Part shown: piece after piece, positions 12,940-23,925 of the stretch
Position numbering within the stretch: position 1 is the first letter of the stretch
How the letters are laid out: every line of letters starts with the position of its first letter
NCBI RefSeq assembly: GCF_001194135.2
Contig: NC_068981.1
Coordinates: 20,878,042-20,942,041 of the forward strand
DNA: 64,000 nucleotides
Reading direction: 5' to 3'
Origin: Octopus bimaculoides
Taxonomy: Eukaryota
Position numbers and translations under genes: made by a program
Notes under the pieces: generated by a model
The model's input: only the letters and a program-made list of their open reading frames with translations
Told to the model about the DNA's origin: nothing
Database searches by the model: none

Positions 12940-13175
12940 CTGCTGCTGCTGCTGTTGTTGTTATTGTTATTGTTGTTGTTGTGTTGTTGTTGTTGTTATT
13001 ATTATTATTATTATTATTATTCATTGTTTAACGTCCATTTTCCATGCTAGCATGGGTTGGACAATTTGACTGAGGACTGGCGAACCAGATGGCTGCACCA
13101 TTATTATTGTACTTGTTGTTGCTGCTGCTGTTGCTGTTGTTGTTATTGTTGTTGTTGCTGTTGTTGCTGCTGCTG
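12940..13175. repeat. Compound trinucleotide microsatellites (GCT/GTT/ATT)
   Basis: Directly visible runs flanking a family C fragment. Confidence 0.95.
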
Positions 13176-13880
13176 CAGCGAGCTGGCAGACTCATTAGCA
13201 AGCTGGACGGAATGATTAGTGGTATTTCACCCATCGCTATGTTCTAAGTTCAAATTCTGCCAAGGTCATCTTTGCCTTTCATCTTTTCGGGGTCGGTAAA
13301 TTAAGTACCAGTGAAACACTGGGGTTGATGTAGTCGACTTAATCCCCTCCCACAAACTGCCCTTGTAGCAAAAATTTGAAATCATCATCATCGTCATCAT
13401 CATCATCATCATCATTATTATTATTATGACAAGCTGGCAGAATTGTTAGCACACCAGGCAAAATGCATCCATCTGAATATTCTGAATTTTCAAATTCCAG
13501 TGAGGTCAACTTTGCCTTTCATCCTTCCAGGGGTGATAAAATAAATACCAGTTCATCACTGGGGTTGATGAAAGTGACTTACTGTCTCCCCAGAATTGCT
13601 GGCCTGGTGCCTATAATAGAAAGGATTATTATTATAATCAATTATTATCCTTATTATTACTATTATTATTAAGGCGCGAGCTGGCAGAATTGTTAGCATG
13701 CTGGGCAGAATGCTTAACAGCATTTCATCTGTCTTTAAGTTCTGAGTTCAAATGCTGTTAGGGTTGACTTTGCTTTTCATCCTTCCGGGGTTGAGAAAAT
13801 AAGTACCAGCTGAACACTGCGGTTGGTGTAATCAACTTACTCCCTTCCCTGAAACTGTTATCCTTGTGCCCAAACTCGAA
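13175..13880 (+). mobile_element. Three tandem family-A SINE copies separated by (CAT)n/(ATT)n
   Basis: gagctggcaga starts at about 13180, 13432 and 13679, each followed by the family body. Confidence 0.85.
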
Positions 13881-13881
13881 A

Positions 13882-14205
13882 CATCATCATCATCGTTTAA
13901 CGTCCGCTTTCCATGCTAGCATAGGTTGGACGATTTGACTGAGGACTGGTGAAACCGGATGGCAACACCAGCCTCCAATCTGATTTGGCAGAGTTTCTAC
14001 AGCTGGATGCCCTTCCTAACGCCAACCACTCCGAGAGTGTAGTGGGTGCTTTTACGTGTCACCCGCACGAAGGCCAGTCAGGCGGTACTGGCAACGGCCA
14101 CGCTCAAAATGGTGTATTTTATGTGCCACCCGCACAAGAACCAGTCCAGGGGCACTGGCAACGATCTCACTCGAAAATCCTTACACATGTCACGAGCACA
14201 AGTGC
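13882..14205 (-). mobile_element. Family C (RTE 3' end) copy
   Basis: Near-identical to 9207-9510; ORF-track translations 9284-9499 and 13949-14302 match. Confidence 0.85.
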
Positions 14206-14392
14206 CATTTTTTATTATTTACATTATCGTGCTGGCATTTTGAAAAGAGCACTCAGCATGCTTTGTAAAGTGGTTGGCATTAGGAAGGGCATCCAACAGT
14301 AGAAATCAAGCTGAAGTAGATAATGGTGCTTGATGTCCTCCAGCTCATCAGATCCTGTTAAATTGTTGAACTTATGGTAGCTAGACATTAAA

Positions 14393-14552
14393 TGATGATG
14401 ATGATGATGATGATGATATCGATCATGATGATAATGATGTTCGTAATGATCATGGTGATAATGATGGTAATGATAATGATGACAGTGGTGGCAGTGGCAG
14501 TGATAATAATGACAACAATGATGATGTTCACAGTGATGATGATGATGATGTT
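14393..14552. repeat. Imperfect (GAT)n tract ending about 48 nt before KDSR exon 6
   Basis: Directly visible. Confidence 0.95.
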
Positions 14553-14600
14553 GAAATGATCTCAGAAGAGAGTATCAAATCTAAATTTCTTCTCTTTCAG

Positions 14601-14792
14601 TATATGATGGATGTCAACTATTTTGCCAGTGTTTATGCCACCAAATCTGTGGTTGGTAGCATGAAAGCCAGGAAAGAAGGTTCCATTGTCTTTATATCAT
14701 CCCAAGCTGGTCAGCTTAGTTTTTATGGTTACACAGCCTATTCTAGTTCCAAATTTGCATTAAAAGGGTTATCTGAAGCCTTGCAGAGTGAA
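14601..14792 (+). CDS. KDSR: KDSR coding exon 6 (catalytic S and YxxxK)
   Basis: tctctttcag acceptor, gtgagt donor, 192 nt. Encodes YMMDVNYFAS...FISSQAGQLSFYGYTAYSSSKFALKGLSEALQSE. Confidence 0.97.
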
Positions 14793-14929
14793 GTGAGTAA
14801 AATTGTTAGTCATTTTAAAGCAAGACTGATATTGAAATATCCTGCTGTTGAATGCTATTAGTTTTGTCATGCTACAGTATCTCTGTATAACATTTCTGTC
14901 TGAACTGTCAACTGCTTTTCTTCTCTAAG

Positions 14930-15013
14930 CTAAAACCTTACAATATTGGTATAACCCTTGCCTTCCCACCTGATACAGACACACCAGGTTTTGCAGAAGA
15001 ACAGAAGTCAAAA
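14930..15013 (+). CDS. KDSR: KDSR coding exon 7 (PPDTDTPGF)
   Basis: ttctctaag acceptor, gtaagt donor, 84 nt. Encodes [28 protein letters not shown]. Confidence 0.97.
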
Positions 15014-15079
15014 GTAAGTCCTTAACTTTTTTGTTTTCATAAAAAATAGTTAAAAAGGGAGCAGTGACCATTGCCTGGG

Positions 15080-15410
15080 TCAATTATAGACCACTGTCAT
15101 TTATAAACTTTTGGAATCAATTATAGGCCATGACCATTTATAAACCTAAAGGGCCAGTTATAAGTCTATGATCACTTGTAGGCCTACAGCCATTTATAGA
15201 CTCATGGGGCTAATTATAGACCTACAGTTCATTTATAGTCTCCAGGGGTTACTTATAGGCCTTTGATAATTTATTGACTCATGAAGTGGTTATAAGCCTA
15301 TGGCAATTTATAGGCCTATGGTTATTTATAGTTCTATGGTCTGTTATTGACCTATAGTCATTTATAGATCCATGGTTATTCTTAACCTCATGGTCATTTA
15401 TAGGCCCAGC
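15080..15410. repeat. Degenerate 17-20 nt minisatellite, consensus about TTATAGGCCTATGGTCAT, roughly 17 units
   Basis: TTATAG/TTATAA anchors at 15084, 15101, 15121, 15138, 15158, 15176, 15194, 15214, 15233, 15253, 15271, 15290, 15308, 15326, 15344, 15362. Confidence 0.85.
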
Positions 15411-16532
15411 CAGACTAATAAAATTTGTTAATGTCCAGTTTGAATATCAGTTAGTCAATGTCTTTTGGAAAACATGGATGAGGAAGTAATTCTGGTGGGT
15501 TGCAATTCTGGAGATGAAGGTTTGGTTGAAGTATTTCATGTGAAATTTGTGGGGCAGGACAATAAGACTGATGAGGGTAATTAATTTAGAGAAGCAGGAA
15601 CTATTGTAGAAGTGATTTAAAAAATAGAGAGAAAAGGAACAGCACATTTGTGGGTCTGAGGTTGCAGACTGTTTTTTCTTAATGTCCTGAGATATAAATG
15701 AACCTTGAAATATACCAGAGAATACTCCCAGCACATTTTACAATGAGTAGTCAAACAGAATAACTTATAGTCTGAGAGATTAGAGATAGATGGGGACCAT
15801 TGACTGGCCACTTAGATAAGTGGTTCTTATGTCAGACATAGTCGAAGTCCTGGTTCATGTCAAGGGCAATAACAAGTTCTTAATAAGGGACCATTGGTGA
15901 ATGACAGAGAGAAGTATATACTTTATGTATGGTTCCATAGTAATGATCAGAGAAGAGAGAGCGAGAGCGAGAGAGAGGATTGCTTACATTCATTTTCATC
16001 ACCTTGGAGATGTTGGAAATGTATATATGTGTATGCATGTGTTTGTGTCTCTTACACTTGACATCATGTGATATTTATAAATGACTATCACTGTGATACA
16101 AGCAGTATCATTCATTTCCAGTATTCTGTGAATATATATATATATCTCATGGAGGCAAAGTGGTCGAGTTACTTTCGAGTGTTGGGCCTCACGGAGGCAA
16201 TGAGGTAAAGACCAAGACCTTTGGCATTATATTGTACTTGAGAAGAAGACCCATCAAACCAAGCAAAATTGCAGTCATAGCAGATAGCGGTGTCATGCAA
16301 ATGGCACTCGTGCCAGTGGCACATAAAAGCACCATTACACTCTCAGAGTGGTTGGCGTTAGGAAGGGCATCCAGCCATAGAAAACCATGCCAAATCAGAC
16401 TGGAGCCTGGTGTAGCCTTCCAGCGGGCCAACCTAGTCAAACCGTCTAACTCTGCCAACATGGACAACAGATGTTAAATGATGATGATGATATATCTATA
16501 TGTACATACATATACTTATATATATATATATG

Positions 16533-16570
<38 letters not shown>

Positions 16571-16571
<1 letters not shown>

Positions 16572-16980
16572 ACTCTTTTACTCTTTTACTTGTTTCAGTC
16601 TTTTGACTGTGGTCATGCTGGAGCACCGCCTTTAGTCGAGCAAATCGACCCCAGGACTTATTCTTTAGAAGCCTAGTACTTATTCTATCGATCTCTTTTG
16701 CCGAACCGCTAAGTTACGGGGACATAAACACACCAGCATCGGTTGTCAAGCGATGTTGGGGGGACAAACACACACATACAAACACATACACACACATACA
16801 TACATATATATATATACATATATACGACGGGCTTCTTTCAGTTTCCGTCTACCAAATCCACTCACAAGGCTTTGGTCGGCCCGAGGCTATAGTAGAAGAC
16901 TTGCCCAAGATGCCATGCAGTGGGACTGAACCCCGGACCATGTGGTTGGTAAGCTAGCTACTTACCACACAGCCACTCCT
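16571..16980 (-). mobile_element. tRNA-like SINE family B, full-length
   Basis: Reverse complement of 21928-22335 (aggagtggctgtgtggtaag...ggttcagtccc...aagtaaaagag tail). Confidence 0.9.
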
Positions 16981-17201
16981 ATGGCTGTATGTATATATAT
17001 GTATAATTTAAAGGCAATCACTTCAAACCCAACCTCAGTCACCACACTTTACTCTGCAATCAGCTAATCGCTGCTTTCAATTTAAGGTTGAGTGAAAAAA
17101 TTTTAATTTGTGAAACTGTCTGATCTATGTGAGCCAGAAAAATCACAAATATATATCTGTGAAAAATGTGTTTAAAAATACAAACATTGTTCTTTTTACA
17201 G

Positions 17202-17285
17202 CCAAAAGAGACTGAACTAATATCAGAAACTGGTGGCTTAATCTCATCTGAAACTGTGGCAAAAAAGATTGTTGATGATGCACTG
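17202..17285 (+). CDS. KDSR: KDSR coding exon 8
   Basis: tctttttacag acceptor, gtaagt donor, 84 nt. Encodes PKETELISETGGLISSETVAKKIVDDAL. Confidence 0.95.
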
Positions 17286-17739
17286 GTAAGTTTTTATAAG
17301 ATATTGTCAAATTATTGGGATTAGGATGGTGACATTGATTAGGAGGGGAACATTGATTACATCAACCGCAGTGCACCACACTGGTACTTATTTTATCGAC
17401 CCCAATAGGATGAAAGGCAAAGTCAGCCTTGGTGACATTTGAACTAAGAATGTAAAGCTAGAAGAAATGCTGCTCACTAGATTCTGCCAACTTGCTGCCT
17501 TAATATCATTACAGCAGCATCGTTAGCAAACCAAATAATAATAATGAAATATTCATAGATAGTTATCATCAGTGTTATGGGTTTGTAATATGGTATGTCA
17601 CTTATAATATCTGTCTTTTGTTGATTCTACTCTCAATCTAAAATATCCTCATCGCTCCTACTTATGTATTTCTCTCTTTTGTTTTCTTATTCATCAGCTG
17701 CCTTATTCATTTTCCTTTTATTTGAATATGTCAGCGTCT

Positions 17740-18930
17740 TCTTAAGAAGTCCCATTCAGTTCCACATACCTATGGCCCAGAAGTAGTTGATAAAATATTC
17801 ACAGCACTTTAGATATACCATGCCACTTGTGTTAAAACTTATTGTCTGACCAGTGTTTGTTACAAAGTCATCTTTTCTTAATTGTGGGACATTCTTCACC
17901 CTATGAGATGTCATCTAGTGTACTGCAGGGATCTGTTCTTGGTTCCTTTTGTTTGTTACATACATTAATGACATAGATGCCAACTTAAAGAATGCTGGTG
18001 CTGAAATGTGCAGATGACATCAAGCTGTACCTTGAGATAGAAAGGACAGATCCTGAACACTATAGATCTTTCCTGCAATTGGACCTGGACACAATGCAAC
18101 AATGGATCATGGACTGGTAACTCAAGCTGGCTGTTGACAAGTGTACCACCATGCATTTTGGGAGGAAAAACCCAGTGTCCACATACTCTCTCCACAACAT
18201 TAATATCGTGACCTAGGCATTACTATCAGCAGCAATTTGCGCTGGACGGAGAACATCTCTAAAATTGTCAAGAAGGTTGAGGTTGTCTTGGCATCACTCA
18301 GAAAGATCTTTGTCAGCTGCTCTCCAGCTATCTATTTAAGGCTGTATATGGCTATGGTGCAGCTACACTTGGAATTTGCATCACCAGTCTGGAACCCCTA
18401 TCTTGCTCAGGACATTGACTTCCTGGAAACTGTTCAGAGATGTGCAACCAAGCGAATACTCTCCATCAGGCATCTACCATACTCTGAACACCTTGCTTCT
18501 TTGGGCATTAATACATTGAAGCTCTGATGTCTGGCAACTGACAAAATTATTAACCATCGTGCCAACAACCACCTTGAGCACTTTTTTTTAGCTCCATGTG
18601 TCTAACACACGTGGACACATACCTACAAAGTCAGAAAACAGCACAGCTCCCATGACTTTAAGAAACATTTTTTCACACTCAGAGTTGCTAAAGCATGGAA
18701 TAAACTACCTGCGTTAGTTGTTAGCTGCTGTGACATTGCATCCTCTAAAACCTCCATGCTTCCTGGAATTTGCCAACACTACACTTGCCCCCCCCCACTC
18801 CATTCACATGTATGACTCATACACTGTTCACTTTCCTGACATTTGTACATAATTCTATGAACTGTACATGCACCTTTGATGAGTTGTAGTGCACCTGAGC
18901 ACTATACACAATAATTTCATTATTATTATT
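17740..18930 (+). mobile_element. CR1/L2-like LINE, RT C-terminal half plus 3' UTR and (ATT)n tail
   Basis: QGSVLG...YINDI...ADDIKLY, LHLEFASPVWNPY...LETVQRCATK, FFTLRVAKAWNKL. Frameshifted. Confidence 0.9.
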
Positions 18931-19985
18931 CTGCTATAAGAATTGATACTTAAAGCATTTAATCACCATTTTAGAAGACAGTAAAGAATTTATTGAGGGA
19001 GATTTACTTGCTGTATTCAGTATATTGTGTGGCTCTATAGAGAATCCCTTGCTGGTTCAAGTGTTTATCTGGATGTCTTTTTATGTGGAGATTTGATTAA
19101 AGGAATTGAGACAAGCTGGCCTGTTGTGAGTATTTTATGTAATTTTAGCTGTTTTATAAATTATAATTAAATCATTTAATTTAGTTTCTGATCTCTAATC
19201 AGTTTTGATAGATGCAGGGTAGCCATGTATCTTCTCTACAGCAAGACACCTGTACTTGTCTCTCTCTGATGATTAAGCTTTCAGGCCCTGACATAAAACC
19301 ACCCCCTTCTCTCTCAAATACACTCCCATTCAGTTGAGGGCACTTTTTACTTTTCTTTTCTCTTGTGAGTTAGTTGGCGACCTCACCAGTTTTGGTGTCG
19401 CATAAAAACAAAACAAAACAAAAAGCAACAACAAAAAATACCTAGTACACTCTATTAAGTGGCAAGCATTAGAAGGGGCATCAAGGAATAGAAATCATGC
19501 CCAACACAGCCCTGCAGCTTGTTGGAACATGTCAGAGCATCCAATCTATGCCAGCATAAAAAAAACAGATGTTAAATGAAGATGATGATGACAATGATGT
19601 TGTCAAGTCATGTAATTGTGATTTGACAACTTATTTTCATTTCAGGAATATTCAAGTGGTTAAAATACTGATCTCTTGGTTTATCAGTTGAGATATAAAT
19701 CCTGTTGGATCTATCAACCAGGTATTCAGTAACAAAGTTTTCACCAGTTCTACTTGTGCTATTTGACAGATTAATAATAAAGATATCCAAAACAAGATTT
19801 CACTGAAGAGGCTTGAAAAAATATGCCTCTTCGATGCTTATCATTGTTGGTAGAGTGAGTGAGGTAGTTTCACATTAGATTCGTGCTGAAGACAGATCAA
19901 AGACAGCTTGGAAATTGTTATGTTGTGCTTCCAAAATTTTCATTGTTTTCAGTTAACTTTTTACGTCATTGTCTTTTGTTCTTAG

Positions 19986-20087
19986 AAGGGAAAATTCCAG
20001 TGCAGTTTTGGTGTTGATGGTTTTCTATTGGCAACAGTAAGTGCAGGAATGGCACCAGTGTCCTCAGGCTTGGAAGCTTTGTTGCAG
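19986..20087 (+). CDS. KDSR: KDSR coding exon 9
   Basis: ttcttag acceptor, gtatgt donor, 102 nt. Encodes KGKFQCSFGVDGFLLATVSAGMAPVSSGLEALLQ. Confidence 0.95.
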
Positions 20088-20221
20088 GTATGTAAATTAT
20101 TTTAAAGTTTCACATAACTAGGTGAAGGTCTTGAGAGTGGGTATATGTCAGATATACAGAAAAGTAAAAGCTGTAGTCCTTTCTGAATATTCAAACATCT
20201 TACTATAGAAAGCAGTTACTG

Positions 20222-20639
20222 AATGTGAAGAATATAAATTATGAATTGAGAAATTATTGTTGGTGAATAATATCCTGATTTGAGGTCCATCACTTTGGAG
20301 AATACAGGGGAATCATCACCAATGGTTAGACAAAATAAAAATGTTTTTTTACATACACCAATGTGAAGAATATAAATTATGAATTGAGAAATTATTGTTG
20401 GTAAATAATATCCTGATTTGAGGTCCATCACTTTGGAGAATACAGGGGAATCATCACCAATGGTTAGACAAGATAAAAATGTTTTTTTACATACACCAAT
20501 GTGAAGAATATAAATTATGAATTGAGAAATTATTGTTGGTGAATAATATCCTGATCTGAGGTCCATCACTTTGGAGAATACAGGGGAATCATCACCAATG
20601 GTTAGACAAAATAAAAATGTTTTTTACATACACCAATGT
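20222..20639. repeat. Three tandem copies of a 138-bp unit
   Basis: Units start at 20222, 20360 and 20498. They differ by a few substitutions and one T. The periodicity is visible in ORF 20216-20569. Confidence 0.95.
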
Positions 20640-21927
20640 AAGTTGGTATTTAGAAATAAAATGAAACCAAGAACAAATCTGAAAATATGTTATTATTTTC
20701 CAAAAATGGAGGCCATGTCATGATTTTTTAAAATTAGTTTGAAGAGAGAAGGACATTATCTAATATCTGCTTCTGAAAGCTGTTGAGAATGATGAGGCGG
20801 AACTCGGCAATTACTTATTTAGTAATTCTAGAAATAAGTCTCCTTGAAGTAATGTTGGTTTCAAATTTTGGCACAGAGCCAGCAAATTTAAGGGTGTAAG
20901 GTGCTCAACTGATACTTATTTTATCAACCCTGAAAAAATGAAAGGCAAAGTCAACCTTGGTAGAATTTGAACTCAGAATGGCAGGATGGACGAAATGCTG
21001 CTAAGTATTTTGCCTGATGTGCTAACAATTCTGCTAGCTTGCTGCCTTTCCTTGAAGTAATATTAACATATAATAAGGATTATGATAAGAACATTAGTTG
21101 TAAGTAGGACTGAGTACAAGAATATGTAACTCCTTAAATATAAGGTATATTCCATTAAAAGGAATGACACAATTCTTTCTTTAAAAGCAAAATGGAATAT
21201 TTGGTTTTTGATGATTAATTCTTGCTGAAGGATGAAAGATGACATTTCTGGAAGAGGTAAATCTTTGGCAGGAACTGTTGCCACTAGCAAAAGCTCTTGT
21301 GTTTAAAGGATAAAGTTAAATTGAGGTCATCTGCTTTGGAGATAGATACACCACTCAATCTAATACCACTTCTTGGCTAATTTGTATGTTTGACAAAATT
21401 TAGGTATGTTTACACAACCAAAATTCATACCTTCCAATCCTTAAAGTGGTTCACTTATAGCTGTTTTGCTGACTGTTTGTAAGCATATTCCACAATAAGG
21501 TGTTTTGGCAAGAGGTTTCAATGTCATACTAATGTTAAGTGAAACAAAAGTGTTTCCATTATGATAAAAACAAGAGTCTGTAAGTATGTGAGAGGAAAGT
21601 AGGTTATCTGTGGATGTGGAACTAAGATTGTTGGTTTCTACAAGGGACCATTCTAAATAAAAACTAAACAAATTTAGAAAATTACTTTGATCCAATTGTT
21701 AGATAAAATATTTCAGCTGATATTATGTTTGGAAACTTAAAACATTGCATCTTTAAAAAAATAGATTCAGTCAATTATTAATTCTACAGTATTTAACAGT
21801 AATGAGGATGATAAGTAAACCTAATTAATTTATTAATGAGAGATATATGTGGAGAATAGTTTAAGTTCTTTACTCAGTCTAAATAAATGTAGGTTTGTAG
21901 AAAGTATTAAAAAAAAAAAAAATGAAC

Positions 21928-22335
21928 AGGAGTGGCTGTGTGGTAAGTAGCTCGCTTACCAACCACATGGTTCCGGGTTCAGTCCCACAGCGTGACACCT
22001 TGGGCAAGTGTCTTCTACTATAGCCTCGGGCCAACCAAAGCCTTGTGAGTGGATTTGGTAGATGGAAACTGAAAGAAGCCCGTCGTATATATGTATATAT
22101 ATATGTCGTGTGTATATGTTTGTGTGTCTGTGTTTGTCCCCACAACATCGCTTGACAACCGATGCTGGTGTGTTTACGTCCCTGTAACTTAGCGGTTCGG
22201 CAAAAGAGACCGATAGAATAAGTACTAGGTTTCCAAAGAATAAGTCCTGGGGCCGATTTTCTTGACTAAAGGCGGTGCTCCAGCATGGCCACAGTCAAAT
22301 GACTGAAACAAGTAAAAGAGTAAATAGAGTAAAAG
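21928..22335 (+). mobile_element. tRNA-like SINE family B, full-length; decayed copies near 510-800, 35375-35830, 53460-53600, 62070-62400
   Basis: A-box/B-box-like head, central (TA/GT)n, (AAAAGAGT) tail. Confidence 0.9.
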
Positions 22336-22441
22336 AATATAGATTACATACATTTAATTAAACTGGTTTGATTACTTATTTTGCTGAGATCTTAAAATAC
22401 ATTAACAGAATATTTATGTTTGGTTTCTCTTTTGTTTTCAG

Positions 22442-22552
22442 GTTTTCTCCATGGGACTTTTCAGATTAATTGGTTTATTTTATTTGTATTCTTTCAATCA
22501 AATTATTCAAAAGTGTTATAATGAAAAGAAAGGTAACAAAAAGGCTTCTTGA
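22442..22552 (+). CDS. KDSR: KDSR terminal coding exon
   Basis: tttgttttcag acceptor. Encodes VFSMGLFRLIGLFYLYSFNQIIQKCYNEKKGNKKAS then TGA at 22550-22552. Confidence 0.95.
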   Translation, partial: VFSMGLFRLIGLFYLYSFNQIIQKCYNEKKGNKKAS

Positions 22553-22650
22553 TCTGTTTTTTAAAAACGATGATCTATTTTTATATACAAAATACCAGTA
22601 TATGCATTAAACATGGAATGATTATTTTATTTAATGAATTTTGTATGAAT

Positions 22651-22656
22651 AATAAA
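22651..22656 (+). terminator. Candidate polyadenylation signal of KDSR
   Basis: AATAAA about 100 nt after the stop, followed by a T/GT-rich tract (ttttactgttttgtgtattt). AATAAA is common by chance in this AT-rich DNA. Confidence 0.5.
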
Positions 22657-22778
22657 GCAAACTTACATAATTCAAATGTTTTACTGTTTTGTGTATTTAG
22701 AAAATGGATGGGGTGGGAGAAATGATACCATTGTCTTTCAGTAAAATGTTTAAATATAAATTAATGTGAGATGTAGAT

Positions 22779-23925
22779 ATAAAGTGGTCCAGAAGGATTT
22801 ACGACTGACACAATACACTAAATAATTCTTTCTACTGATTTTTATGGGAGAATCCTGAACACCCCCATGTGACTGAAGGTGGACTAACTGATTACAATAA
22901 ATAAGAACTGAGTGAACTGAGGGGGATAGTTGATAGTTTTAGTTTGACAGTGTTGGTTTACTGTGTTAGTTTAATAGTTGGTAGTTGAACAGTGAATATT
23001 GAGTATCGTACCTATATTCAAGTAGTATAGAGTGCATTCTGTGTTAAAATGTATTTCTGCATTAGGTTATTTTTTTAGATATCCCTAACTGACTATTTAT
23101 TTGTGTAATACCAGTTTACACCAGATGTGTATTCCCACATCATAGCAATTGCCAATCCTGATATGGTAGCAGCATATAACATTAGCAAATCATCTCCAAT
23201 CTTTGTAGAAACCTATAAAGGTATCCAGGGCTCTTGTCACAGCTTACTTCATCTTCAAAATGACAGCTCCTGAGATTCTCTTTCATCTTGAGGAACAACT
23301 AAAAGTCAGTCATAGGTAGCAAGGTTTACACTAGGGAAGGTGAAGGTCAGTTTTGATGTTCATCTTTGTCAAGTGGCTGGTTACCATGATGCTCATTACT
23401 GAGTACCTTGGGAAAAAGCTTTTCACAAATTTTGAGTATGTCCAGATCTTCATGAATAATTGTGTGTATAGTTGCCATACCAACTCTAAACTGTACACTT
23501 ATTGTCTTTATAGACACACAATGGTCTTCATCCAGAAAATTGTGAATTTTCTCAACCAGCTCTGATGTTCTGACATCCCTCTCTCTCCCACACCTCTACA
23601 ATCCTTGAACTTCTTCTAGCATAAAAGTTAATTCATAAGTAATTTGGAACATTTCATAAATTTCTGTAGTGTTTTTGCTCATTTTAACACAAAACTTTAT
23701 TGCATAGCAAGCTTCCAAATGTCCTGATTGCATTCCACAAACTAGTCAGTATTTAGAAGGGTGTTTTCAAAATGTTGTTACAACTGTCTCCTTCAATCTG
23801 GATTAACAAAAGTTGGCAGGTCAGCTTATTAGATGCATAGTAATGATATACAAAAATTACAATAATTTAGAAGAGTTACAACTGCCTCTCCTAAAAAAGA
23901 CTCAAAACTTTTGGAATGCACCTTA
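22779..23925 (-). mobile_element. Degenerate mariner element
   Basis: The - strand translates ELVEKIHNFLDEDHCVSIKTISVQFRVGMATIHTIIHEDLDILKICEKLFPKVLS (mariner HTH2/WVPREL region). Ends are only weakly inverted and approximate. Confidence 0.65.

Noticed and set aside
20222-20639. CRISPR-like array
   Set aside because: Units are contiguous with no unique spacers, and the context is eukaryotic.
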